From: an uncultured Gemmatimonadales bacterium
GTDB taxonomy: Bacteria; Gemmatimonadota; Gemmatimonadetes; Gemmatimonadales; Gemmatimonadaceae
Direction: 5' to 3'
DNA: 64,000 bases
NCBI GenBank assembly: GCA_963851265.1
Contig: CAWKNZ010000007.1
Span: 32,001-96,000, forward strand
A model generated the notes under the pieces. The model was not told the origin of the DNA. It was given only the letters and a program-made list of their open reading frames with translations, and did no database searches. Positions 11,129 through 23,482 of the stretch are shown here, in pieces (within the stretch, counting starts at the first letter, position 1; each line of letters begins with the position of its first letter). The position numbers and the translations under genes were made by a program.

Positions 11129-12004
11129 ATGCCGAACGAATTCGAACAGTCGGCCGGCGAGTCGCCGGCCGTCATCTCGCGCCGCGAGGCGATCCAGCGG
11201 GTGAGCGCCCTCCTCGGCGGCGCCGCGCTCGTCGGCGGCAGCTCGCTGCTCGCCGCGTGCGAACGCGGCGAGCGCCCGGCCGCGGTCGCCAACGGCGCCT
11301 ACAAGCCGGTGGGCGCGTTCAGCGCGGACGACGTCGCGATGCTCGACGAGATCGCCGACACGATCCTGCCGACCACCGCGAAGAGCCCGGGCGCCAAGGC
11401 GGCCGCGACGGGGCCGTTCATGGCCCTCATGGTCACCGACACCTACCGCGCGCCCAAGCAGCAGGTGTTCCGCGACGGCCTGCGCAAGATCGACGACGCC
11501 ACGCGCAAGGCGGCGAACGTCGGCTTCATGCAGGCCACGCCCGCCCAGCGCCTCGCCGTGCTCACGGAGCTCGACCGCGAGCAGAAGACGTACATGGACG
11601 CGCTCGGCAAGGCGCAGGAGGAGGCGGCCAAGCACGGCAAGCAGACGGCGACCGGTCCCGGCGCGCCCCCCGAAGGCACGTCCCAGACGCAGGGTCCCGC
11701 CGCCGTCGCCGCCGGGAAGAAGGCCCAGGGCGACTCCGCCGACCAGCACCTCGCGGATCAGCGCCAGGAAAACGCCGGCACCGGCGACGTCGCGAGCGGC
11801 GCCATGGCCGCCGACGCCCCGCCGCACTACTTCCGCATGATGAAGGAGCTGGCCCTGCTCGGCTATTTCACCTCGGAAACCGTGGGACGCCTCAAGACGA
11901 ACGTCAGCGGAGCGCCGACGGACCGTTACGTCGACACGCCCGGGCGGTTCGACCCGTGCCTGCCGTACGTGAAGGGCACGCCCGCCCTGCTCCCGCACGC
12001 GTGA
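11129..12004 (+). CDS. Gluconate 2-dehydrogenase subunit 3 family protein (Tat-exported lipoprotein partner of the GMC enzyme)
   Basis: ISRREAIQR twin-Arg, LLAAC lipobox, EIADTILP.T..PGAK, YFRMMKELALLGYFTSE. Confidence 0.85.
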   Translation: MPNEFEQSAGESPAVISRREAIQRVSALLGGAALVGGSSLLAACERGERPAAVANGAYKPVGAFSADDVAMLDEIADTILPTTAKSPGAKAAATGPFMALMVTDTYRAPKQQVFRDGLRKIDDATRKAANVGFMQATPAQRLAVLTELDREQKTYMDALGKAQEEAAKHGKQTATGPGAPPEGTSQTQGPAAVAAGKKAQGDSADQHLADQRQENAGTGDVASGAMAADAPPHYFRMMKELALLGYFTSETVGRLKTNVSGAPTDRYVDTPGRFDPCLPYVKGTPALLPHA

Positions 12005-12062
12005 CCCCGCCCACTTGACGCGCGCGCCGGGCAGCGTTAACCGTTACTTCACAACTGAAACG

Positions 12063-14845
<2,783 letters not shown>

Positions 14846-14858
<13 letters not shown>

Positions 14859-15763
14859 CGAACGGGGTCGGGCGGGACGGCGCAGGGGATCACGAGGCGG
14901 CTCGCCCGCGGAAGGTGACCACGGCCACCCTCACCGCGCTCAAGGCGCGCGGCACGCCGGCGGTGTTCGTGACCTCGTACGACTATCCGACCGCGGTCTA
15001 CGCGGACCGGGCGGGGGCCGACATGATTCTCGTGGGCGACTCGGCCGCCAACACCATGCTCGGGCTGCCGAGCACGACGGCGATCGGGATGCCCGAGATG
15101 CTCGTCTTCGCCGCGGCGGTGTGCCGCGGGGCGCGGCGCGCGTTCGTCATCGGCGACCTGCCGTTCCTGTCGTACCAGGCCTCGGACGCGAGCGCGATCC
15201 GCAACGCGGGCGCGTTCGTCCGCGTCGGGTGCGACGCGGTCAAGTGCGAGGGGGGGCGCCGCGTCGCACGGCGCGTGCGCGCGATGGCCGACGCGGGGAT
15301 CGCGGTGATGGGACACCTCGGCCTCACGCCGCAGAACCTCGCGCAGTTAGGCGGCTACCGCGTGCAGGGGCGGACGCGGGCGGGGGTCGACGCGCTCGTC
15401 GACGACGCGCGCGCGCTGGAAGAGGCGGGAGCGTACGCGCTCCTGCTCGAGGCGATGCCCCCCGAGGCGGCGGCTCGGGTGCGCGAGGCGCTCACGATCC
15501 CGGTGTACGGGATCGGCGCGGGGCCGCACGTCGACGGGCAACTCCTCATCGCGCACGATCTGCTCGGCAGCTTCGTCGGCGACATCCGGCCGCGGTTCGT
15601 GAAGCGGTACGCGGAGGTCGGGGCGGCGATCGAGGGGGCGTTCCGGGCGTACGCGGACGACGTGCGCGCGGGCAGGTTCCCGGCGGAGGAGCACTGCTAC
15701 GCGCGGGGCGAGGCGAGCGACGGCGCCGCCGTGGTCCCGGACCCGGCGAGGGCGAGCACGTAG
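14846..15763 (+). CDS. panB: 3-methyl-2-oxobutanoate hydroxymethyltransferase
   Basis: TSYDY, ILVGDS, DLPFLSY, KCEGG, GHLGLTPQ, GIGAG..VDGQ.L..HD.LG, F.KRY; overlaps metX stop. Confidence 0.93.
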
Positions 15764-15828
15764 GCAACGGGGCAGGCGGATGGGTCCAGACGCGTCCGGC
15801 GGGACGAACGCGCCGGCCGTCCGGGGCG

Positions 15829-17166
15829 CTACCGCCTCCCGTCCCACGCCACCACCGGCTCGTCCTCGATGGCCGCGCCCACCGCGTCGGCCACCTCCCG
15901 CCGGAGCCTGGTGTACCGCGCGCCCCCTTCACCGACCGCCCGCGTCCGGTTCATCAGCAGCACCACGAACAGCCCCCGCTCCGGGTCGACCCAGAGCGAG
16001 GTCCCCGTGAACCCCGTGTGGCCGAAGGCGCGCGGGGCCATGTAGCGTCCCCCACTCGACCCCGGCGACGGAGTGTCCCACCCGAGCGCCCGGCTCACGT
16101 CGGGCAGCTGCCGCGCCGTCCAGCGCGCGATCGTCTGCGCGCCGAGGATCTCGCGCCGCGCGTACGTCCCGCCGTTCAGCAGCATCTGCGCGAACACCGC
16201 CAGGTCGCGCGCCGACGCGAACAGGCCGGCGTGCCCCGAGACCCCGCCTAACGCCCAGGCGTTGCCGTCGTGGACGACCCCGCGCAGCAACCCGCCCCGC
16301 GTGCTGTCGACCGCGGTGGGCGCGATGCGCGCGCGGAGCGCGTGGTCGGCGGTGTCGGGCACGAAGCGCGTGTCGCGCATGCCGAGCGGGCGGAAGACGC
16401 GCTCGGCGACGAACGCGTCGAGCGTGCGCCCCGTGATCCGCTCGATCACCGCCTGCAGGAGCACCATGTCCCAGTCGCTGTAGACGACCTTGGTGCCTGG
16501 CGTGGCGCGGAGCGGGCGTGCGTTGATCGCCGCCAGGTACGCGGCCCGCCCCCGGAGTGCGCCGTAGTGCTCCTCGTAGAGCGGCGCGTACGCCTCCAGC
16601 CCGCCGGAGTGCGTGAGGAGCATGCGCACCGTGATCGCCGCCTTGTCGGGCGCGTCGAACTCGGGGAGGTACGTGTGGACGGGGCGGGTGATGTCGAGCT
16701 TCCCGTCCTCCTCGAGCAGCATCGCGGCCGTCGTCGTCGCGACCACCTTCGTCACCGACGCGAGGTCGTAGAGCGTGTGCGCGTCGGGACGGGCCGACAC
16801 GCGTGGGCGGTCGAGCGTGCCGTAGCCCTTCATGTGTACGAGCCGGCCGTAGCGCCCCACCACGAGCACCGCGCCCGGCGCCGCACCCGCGGCGAGCCCG
16901 GCATCGACGAGCGAATCGAGCCGCCCCGGGAGCGCGCTGTCGAGCCCGACCGCGGACGGCTCGGCGGTAACGAGCGTGTCGACCGCCGTCACGCGCTGGC
17001 GGGCGACCGCGGCCGACGCGGGAGTGGGACGCGGCTCTGCGGGACGAACGTCGACCGGCTCGGGACGCGACGCGCATGCGGCGCCGAGCGCGGCCGCTCC
17101 GGCGAACAGGAGAGCGGCCGCGCGTCGGGAAGTGCGAAAACTCACGTCGTGATCGGGGCTCGGCAC
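15829..17166 (-). CDS. Serine hydrolase, beta-lactamase/AmpC-like family, probable lipoprotein
   Basis: LGAAC lipobox, YDLASVTK (SxxK), LLTHSGG, YSD, GHAGLF, FGHTGFTG. Confidence 0.88.
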   Translation of the reverse strand: MPSPDHDVSFRTSRRAAALLFAGAAALGAACASRPEPVDVRPAEPRPTPASAAVARQRVTAVDTLVTAEPSAVGLDSALPGRLDSLVDAGLAAGAAPGAVLVVGRYGRLVHMKGYGTLDRPRVSARPDAHTLYDLASVTKVVATTTAAMLLEEDGKLDITRPVHTYLPEFDAPDKAAITVRMLLTHSGGLEAYAPLYEEHYGALRGRAAYLAAINARPLRATPGTKVVYSDWDMVLLQAVIERITGRTLDAFVAERVFRPLGMRDTRFVPDTADHALRARIAPTAVDSTRGGLLRGVVHDGNAWALGGVSGHAGLFASARDLAVFAQMLLNGGTYARREILGAQTIARWTARQLPDVSRALGWDTPSPGSSGGRYMAPRAFGHTGFTGTSLWVDPERGLFVVLLMNRTRAVGEGGARYTRLRREVADAVGAAIEDEPVVAWDGRR

Positions 17167-17225
17167 GGGCCGCGCGCCGCCGCCCGTGGGGCGGCGATCG
17201 CGCGGTAGGAATCAGGCAGCAGAAA

Positions 17226-18269
17226 TCAGGCGGCGACGGGGTCGGTGCGCCGCGCCTGCGTCGAGCGACGGACGATCAGTTCGGCGTCGAGCGTCACGCG
17301 CTCGGTCGCCGCCGCGACGCCCTCCTCGACGTGGCGCAGCAGCAGCTCGGCCGCGACGCGTCCCATCTCGACGGTCGGCACCCGCACCGTCGTGAGCGGC
17401 ACCGGCAGGTAGGCGAGCAGCGGGATGTCGTCGTAGCCGATGACGCTCACGTCCTCCGGGACCCGCATGCCCAGCTCGGCCAGCGCGCGGCACACGCCGA
17501 TCGCGATGAGGTCGTTGAAGCAGGTGACGGCGGTCGGCATCTGCTCGGCGGTGCGGTCGGCGAAGTAGGTGCGCGCGGCCTGGTAGCCGTCGTCGAGGTG
17601 CGCGCCGGCGGGGATCACGTCGTCGGCCGTGAACCGCAGCCCCGCGGCGGCGCACGCGCTCTGCACGCCGGCGGCACGCTCGCCGGCCTGGGTGCTGCTG
17701 GGCGGGCCCGTGAAGTGGACGATGCGCTCGTGCCCGAGCCCGATGAGGTGTTCGGCCGCGTGGCGCGACGCCGCGTGGTTGTCGACGCCGACGAGGCTGG
17801 CGGGCACGCCGCGGATTCCGCCCAGGAGCACGAACGGAATGTTGCGCCGGCGCAGGTCGAACAGGTGCGAGAGGTCAGAGTCCTCGTCGAGCACCGGCGT
17901 GACGATGAGCCCCGAGATGTCGGCCGCGGTGAGCAGGCCGATCGCGCGCCGCTCGGCGGCCGCCTCGCGTTCGGAGCTGGCGAGGAGCAGCGCGTAGCCG
18001 TGCGCCTCCGCGTGCTCGCGCGCCCCGGCGATCACGCCCGCGAAGTACGGGTTGTCCAGCTCCTTCACCAGCACGCCGAGGCTGCGGCCGGCGCCGGCGC
18101 GGGCGGTGCCGCGGGCGGGGCGGAAGTTGAGCGTCTCGACCGCACGGAGCACGCGCGCGCGCGTATCGGGCGCGACCGGCCCGCTGTCGTTGAGCACGGC
18201 CGACACCGTGGCCTTGGACACGGCGGCGGCCTGGGCGACGTCGGCGATCGTCGGACGGGTTCTCGGCAT
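17226..18269 (-). CDS. LacI-family transcriptional regulator
   Basis: PTIADVAQAAAVSKATVSAVLN HTH; NPYF, C.ND.IA.G, VPEDVSVIGYDD, LTTV, L.VR.S. Confidence 0.92.
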   Translation of the reverse strand: MPRTRPTIADVAQAAAVSKATVSAVLNDSGPVAPDTRARVLRAVETLNFRPARGTARAGAGRSLGVLVKELDNPYFAGVIAGAREHAEAHGYALLLASSEREAAAERRAIGLLTAADISGLIVTPVLDEDSDLSHLFDLRRRNIPFVLLGGIRGVPASLVGVDNHAASRHAAEHLIGLGHERIVHFTGPPSSTQAGERAAGVQSACAAAGLRFTADDVIPAGAHLDDGYQAARTYFADRTAEQMPTAVTCFNDLIAIGVCRALAELGMRVPEDVSVIGYDDIPLLAYLPVPLTTVRVPTVEMGRVAAELLLRHVEEGVAAATERVTLDAELIVRRSTQARRTDPVAA

Positions 18270-18439
18270 GATCGGCCTGTGCACCCGCGAGCGGGGCGCC
18301 GGAGGACAGGAAAGGGCAGGGCCGCGCGCGCCGGGACGGCCGCGCGCGCCCACAATGTATGACACGGGGGCGCCCGTCCGTCGAGCCCGGACGCAAAACA
18401 AGTCGCCGCCGCGGGCCCCGGCGCGCCTAACGAGGAGCC

Positions 18440-20512
18440 CTAGCGCCGCGCCGGTGCGGCGCCCGCCCCCGCGCCCACCACGGGCGTCCCGCCGTCGGCC
18501 TGCCACACGTTGTTCGACCGGTCGACGTCGACGAGCCGGTGGTCGGGGTCGAGCTCGATGCGCGCGAGGCGCCGGCCGACGAACTGGTACCGCCGCCCGT
18601 AGTGCGTCGTGTTCGTCGTCCACACCTCGGCGGGGTAGTCGACCGCCTGCGTCGAGCCGTCGGTGAAGGTGAAGCGCGCGCGGATGGGCAGCACGCCGCG
18701 CGCGCGGTTGCCGTAGAGCACGGCGACGTTGCTGGTGTCGCCCCGCTGCGCGACCACCACCGAGTCGATCGCCTGGTCGAACGTCGGGTTGTCGATGAAC
18801 CACTCGCGCCAGAACCAGTCGAGCCGCCGCCCGCTCACGTCCTCCATCGTGCGGTAGAAATCCGCGGGCGTGGGGTGCTTGAACGCCCAGCGGCGGATGT
18901 AGGTGCGGAACGCGTCGTCGAACGCGGCCGGGCCGAGGATCTCCTGGCGGAGCGTCTGGAGCGCCACCGACGGCTTCGTGTAGGCGACGAGGCCGAGCAG
19001 CTGCGGGTTGATGCGGTCGGGCGGCACGTCGACCGGTCGGTCGAAGCCGGCCGCCATCGCGCCCTGGACCTCGGTGCGCTCCTGCGCTGCGCGGCGCAGC
19101 TCGTCGCCGCGCTCCGGGAAGCGTCGCGCCTCGCTGAACAGGTTGATGAACGTGTTGAAGCCCTCGTCCTGCCACATGTGGACCCGCTCGTTGGAGCCCA
19201 CGATCATCGGGAACCAGTTGTGCCCGATCTCGTGCGTCACGACGTTGTACAGGTCGTACTTGTCGCCGCTGTGGGCCTCCATCGCGAGCATCGGATACTC
19301 CATCCCGCTCACCGGCCCTTCGACGGCCGAGATCTGCGGGTACGGGTAGCGGAACCACCGCTCCGAGTACTCCTGGATCGACATGCGGCTCTGGTCGGCC
19401 GCGTCGCGCCACAGGTCGGCCGCGCTCGGCCGGTAGTAGGCCTGCGCGAGGATGCCCTCCCACGACGACGCGTCCCACAGGTACTCGGGGCTCGCCGTCC
19501 ACGCGACGTCGCGCACGTTGCGCGCGGCGAAGCGCCAGGTGAGCGTGCCCGTGGTGCGCGGGCGCGCGGCGCCGCTCCGCAGCTCGTCGAGTGTGGTGAT
19601 CGCGACCGGGGTGGCCGACGCGCGCGCGCGTGCGAGCCGCGCGATCTCGGCGCTCGTGAGCACCTCGCGCGGGTTCTCGAGCGTGCCCGTGCCCGCGACC
19701 ACGTAGCCCGCGGGGAGCGTGACGGCGTAGGTGAAGTCGCCGTACTCGAGGTAGAACTCCCCCTGGCCGAGGTAGGGCTCGATGTTCCAGCCGCGGACGT
19801 CGTCGTAGACGCACACGCGCGGGTACCACTGCGCGAGTTCGTACAGCGAGCCCTCGCGCCCCATGCGGTCGGCGCCGTGCTCGGGGATGCGGAAGTGCCA
19901 CGCGACGTCGAAGGTGGTCTGCCGCCCCGGCGCGAGCGGCTCGGCGAGGTCGACCTTCATCACGGTGCCGGTCACGCGCGTGGCGAGGGCGCGGCGCGCG
20001 CCGCCGGCGGTGACCTGGTCGAAGCGCGTGACGACGTCGCCGCCGGCGAAGCCGCGCGCGCCGAAGCGCGACGTCTGCGGGTAGACGTACGCGTTGAGCG
20101 AGCTGTCGGTGAACGCATTCTGCTCGACCTGCATCCAGACGAAGCGGAGCGTGTCGGGCGAGCGGTTGGTGTAGCGCAGCCGCAGCTCGCCGGCGAGCGT
20201 CTTGGCTGCGGTGTCGAGGCTGGCGCGGATGTCGTAGTCGGCGCGGTTCTGCCAGTAGCGCGCGCCCGGCGCGCCCGACGCGGAGCGCACGTCGTTGCCC
20301 GGTGCGATCTCGGTGAGCGGCGCGAAGATCGAGGTGTCGCCGACCCCGCGGCGCTGCACGTCGGTGAGCGCTGGGCGCGCCACACCCGGCTGTGCGACAG
20401 GCCCCTGCGCGGCGGCCGGGCGCGCGAGCGCGGCAGCCGCGGTGAGCAGGATCGCCGCGCCGCGGACGGCGGAGGTGGTGGCCGTTCGGCGCAGGATGGA
20501 GAAGGTCGGCAT
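18440..20512 (-). CDS. M1 family metallopeptidase, secreted
   Basis: Signal peptide; G.PG..YWQN.ADY, QWYPR, GMEYP, HEIGH..18aa..DEG zinc motif, RWAFKHPTP. Confidence 0.9.
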   Translation of the reverse strand: MPTFSILRRTATTSAVRGAAILLTAAAALARPAAAQGPVAQPGVARPALTDVQRRGVGDTSIFAPLTEIAPGNDVRSASGAPGARYWQNRADYDIRASLDTAAKTLAGELRLRYTNRSPDTLRFVWMQVEQNAFTDSSLNAYVYPQTSRFGARGFAGGDVVTRFDQVTAGGARRALATRVTGTVMKVDLAEPLAPGRQTTFDVAWHFRIPEHGADRMGREGSLYELAQWYPRVCVYDDVRGWNIEPYLGQGEFYLEYGDFTYAVTLPAGYVVAGTGTLENPREVLTSAEIARLARARASATPVAITTLDELRSGAARPRTTGTLTWRFAARNVRDVAWTASPEYLWDASSWEGILAQAYYRPSAADLWRDAADQSRMSIQEYSERWFRYPYPQISAVEGPVSGMEYPMLAMEAHSGDKYDLYNVVTHEIGHNWFPMIVGSNERVHMWQDEGFNTFINLFSEARRFPERGDELRRAAQERTEVQGAMAAGFDRPVDVPPDRINPQLLGLVAYTKPSVALQTLRQEILGPAAFDDAFRTYIRRWAFKHPTPADFYRTMEDVSGRRLDWFWREWFIDNPTFDQAIDSVVVAQRGDTSNVAVLYGNRARGVLPIRARFTFTDGSTQAVDYPAEVWTTNTTHYGRRYQFVGRRLARIELDPDHRLVDVDRSNNVWQADGGTPVVGAGAGAAPARR

Positions 20513-20635
20513 GAATTCGGAGCGAAGCGGCGCGGCGTCGCGCCAGACGAGTGTGGGGCGTGCGTGAAACGCGCCGTGGGACCGCACGGGCGGCACGCGT
20601 GGCGGCGCACCGGGACGCCGCTGCATCTTGCCCGC

Positions 20636-23482
20636 ATGCGTACCCGCCATGCCGACCTCGCGTGCCGTGCGCTCGGCGCACTGCTCGCGGCCGCTGGTGC
20701 AGCAACCGCGCCCGCGCAGCCGGCGCGCCCGCCGTCGCCGCCCCGGCGCGCGCCCGCGACGTCCGCGCGCCCGGCTGCGCGCGACCTCGACGACTTCGAC
20801 GCGCCGGGCGACATGGACGATCTGTCGCGCCAGCTGTGGACGGGGGGGCGCCGCGCGCTGCCGTACGACGCGGCCGTGCGCTACGCGCGGCGCATGCAGC
20901 GGCGCACGGCGGCCCGCGCGACGGCCGATGCGCGCGCCGGCGCGGCAGAGCTGCCGACGGGATGGGCCATCGCGCCCGCCGGCGACCAGGTGGCCACGGG
21001 ACGGTTGCCGTTCGAGGCCGTCGCGTTCGCCGGGCGCGTGGTCGTGCTCAACACCGGCTACTACCCGGGCGAGCCGCAGCCGCTGACGGTGATCGACGCG
21101 CGGCGCGGGGGCGTGCGGGGCGGCGCGACCGCGGTCCGCACGGTACCGTTAGGCGCGCTCTACCCCGCCGCGCGCGTCGGCGGCGACGGCGCGCTCTACG
21201 TGAGCGGTGGCGACGATCGCGCCGTGTGGCGCGTCGACAGCACGTTCACGGCGCGCAAGCTCCCGGTGGGCGGCTACGCGGCCGGGCTCGCGCCGCTCGA
21301 CGCCGCCGCGTTCGGGGCGGGGCGGTTCGCGGTCGCCTACCTCGTCGCCGCCGACTCGACCGGCCCGGCGGGCGCGGGGCGCGTCGGCGTGTTGAACACG
21401 GCGACCGGCCGCGTGGAGCAGGAACTCCCCGCCGGGCACTACCCGACCGCGGTGGAGAGCGTCGGCGACCGCGTGTACGTGGTCGCCACCGGCGAGGCGA
21501 GCGTGCGCGTGTTCGCGCGCGACACGGCGCGCCCGGCCGCGGGGAGCGTGGCGCCGCTCGCGCTCCGCCGCACGCTCGCGGTCGGACGCACCCCGGTCGC
21601 GACCTGCCGCTGGGGCGATGGGCCCGGCGCGCGGCTGCTCGTCGTCAACTCGGGCTCCGACGACCTGTCGATCATCGACGTCGCGCGCGACACGGTGGTG
21701 GGCACGATCCCGGTGCGCTTCCGCGACCCCGGCGCGACCGGCGAGCCGCCCGGGTTCGGGCGCGCCGCGCCGGGCGCGCCGGTCCACGCGGGCGGCGCGC
21801 CCACGTCGTGCGCCGTCGCGGGCGGCCGTCTATTCGTGACCCTCGCCACGGCCAACGCGGTCGCGGTGTTCGACACGGCGCGCGTGGCGGCGGGCGACCC
21901 GGCACCGGTCGGCTACATCCCGACCGGCTGGTATCCGACGCGGGTGCTGGCCGTCGGCGACTCGCTCTGGACCCTGAGCGCGAAGGGCGTGCGGCCGCGC
22001 CGCCCCAACCCCGACGGCCCGCAGCCCGACTCGCTGCACCCCGGCGGGCCGGGCTACGTGCTCACGCAGCTGCAGGGCGCGGCGGGCGTGCTCCCGCTCG
22101 CGGCCGTCGACACGGGGCTCTCGGCGTGGACGCGCGCGGTGCGCGCCGGGTCGCCGCTCGCCGCGCCGGCGGCGGGCGTGGCGCTCCCGATCGCCCACGT
22201 CTTCTACGTGGTGCGCGAGAACCGCAGCTTCGACCAGGTGTTGGGCGACCTCGGGCGCGGCGACGGCGACCCGTCGCTCACGCTGTTCGGCCGCGACGTC
22301 ACCCCCGCCGGCCACGCCCTCGCCCGCGACTTCGTCACGCTCGATCATTTTTACGCGGATGGCGAAATATCCGTCCTCGGACACAGCTACGCGACGAGCG
22401 GTTACGCCAGCCCGCTGCTGCAGTGGCTCGGCAACGCCGCCTACAGCGGCCGCTTCGCGGGGTACCCGTTCGGGACCGCGCCCGCGGTGTTCTCGCCCGC
22501 GTACCTCTGGGACGCGCTCGACGCGCGCGGCACCGACTACCGCGTGTACGGCGAGCCGTACTACGCGGCCACCGCGTTCTGGCGCCTCGTGACGGCACGC
22601 TACGGCGACGCGCACCCGCTGGCGCGCGCGTTCGTCGTCCAGAGTGGGCGTCTCACGACCGCGCGGGACCGCGGCGCGGCGCTGCACCGCGTGCTCGCCC
22701 CCGTCGCCGCGCGCGGCCGCACGCGCGCGGGCGCGCTCGCGCTGCTGGCCGACACCGCCTTCGCCGCCGGGCTCTCGCGCGCCCTCGTCGGCGGCGACGC
22801 GCTCGCGCGGGCCCTCGCCGCCGACCCGGCCCTCCGGCTGGACGTCGCGGCGTTCCTCGCGCGCTACGCGTTCGCGTATCCCACCTGGGACCTGGCCTAC
22901 TCCGACCTCCAGCGCGTCGCCGATTGGAAGGCGGAGTTCGATGCCGACGTGGCGGCCGGCCGGGTTCCGGCGTTCACGTATCTCTGGCTGCCCAACGACC
23001 ACACGGCCGGCGTCACGCGCGGCGCGCTCACGCCGCGCCAGCTCGTCGCGCAGAACGACGCCGCGCTCGCGCGCCTCGTCGAGACCATCGCGGCGAGCCC
23101 CGTGTGGGGCACCAGCCTCATCCTCGTCGAGGAGGACGACGCGCAGAACGGCCCCGACCACGTGGACGCGACGCGCACGGTCGCGCTCGCGGCGGGGCCG
23201 TTCGTGCGGCGCGGCGCGGTCGTGTCGGACCGCTACGACCAGCTGTCGATGCTGCGAACGGCCGAGGTGCTGCTCGGGCTCGATCCGTTAGGCGTCGGCG
23301 ACGCGCTCGCGGTGCCGATGCTCGGGGCGCTGACCCCCGCGGTCGACGCGCGGCCGTGGCGCGCGCCCGCGCCGTCGCGCTGGCTGACCGCCGCCGACCG
23401 CGCCCGGTTCGACGCGCTCGCGGCGCGGCCCGCGAGCCGCCCCGCGCCGCGCCGGCTCAGGGCCGCCCGGACCCCGAGCTAG
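20636..23482 (+). CDS. YncE-like beta-propeller fused to alkaline phosphatase/phosphoesterase domain
   Basis: Signal-like N-term; LPTGW.I.PAG, YVTN-like repeats, GYIPTGWYP; HVFYVVRENRSFDQVLGD, LPNDHT, EDDAQNGPDHVD. Confidence 0.85.
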   Translation: MRTRHADLACRALGALLAAAGAATAPAQPARPPSPPRRAPATSARPAARDLDDFDAPGDMDDLSRQLWTGGRRALPYDAAVRYARRMQRRTAARATADARAGAAELPTGWAIAPAGDQVATGRLPFEAVAFAGRVVVLNTGYYPGEPQPLTVIDARRGGVRGGATAVRTVPLGALYPAARVGGDGALYVSGGDDRAVWRVDSTFTARKLPVGGYAAGLAPLDAAAFGAGRFAVAYLVAADSTGPAGAGRVGVLNTATGRVEQELPAGHYPTAVESVGDRVYVVATGEASVRVFARDTARPAAGSVAPLALRRTLAVGRTPVATCRWGDGPGARLLVVNSGSDDLSIIDVARDTVVGTIPVRFRDPGATGEPPGFGRAAPGAPVHAGGAPTSCAVAGGRLFVTLATANAVAVFDTARVAAGDPAPVGYIPTGWYPTRVLAVGDSLWTLSAKGVRPRRPNPDGPQPDSLHPGGPGYVLTQLQGAAGVLPLAAVDTGLSAWTRAVRAGSPLAAPAAGVALPIAHVFYVVRENRSFDQVLGDLGRGDGDPSLTLFGRDVTPAGHALARDFVTLDHFYADGEISVLGHSYATSGYASPLLQWLGNAAYSGRFAGYPFGTAPAVFSPAYLWDALDARGTDYRVYGEPYYAATAFWRLVTARYGDAHPLARAFVVQSGRLTTARDRGAALHRVLAPVAARGRTRAGALALLADTAFAAGLSRALVGGDALARALAADPALRLDVAAFLARYAFAYPTWDLAYSDLQRVADWKAEFDADVAAGRVPAFTYLWLPNDHTAGVTRGALTPRQLVAQNDAALARLVETIAASPVWGTSLILVEEDDAQNGPDHVDATRTVALAAGPFVRRGAVVSDRYDQLSMLRTAEVLLGLDPLGVGDALAVPMLGALTPAVDARPWRAPAPSRWLTAADRARFDALAARPASRPAPRRLRAARTPS

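Noticed and set aside
12015..12044. Sigma70 promoter TTGACG...TAACCG upstream of the riboswitch
   Set aside because: The -35 is good but the -10 is poor; not supportable without TSS data.
15829..17166. Serine hydrolase as an antibiotic-resistance beta-lactamase
   Set aside because: SxxK/YSD/HTG motifs fit the broad esterase/amidase family; nothing indicates resistance.
17226..23482. Giant ORFs 17226-20705 (1159 aa) and 18539-23482 (1647 aa)
   Set aside because: Real genes (LacI, phosphoesterase) extended by stop-poor shadow frames overlapping the M1 peptidase; a high-GC artefact.
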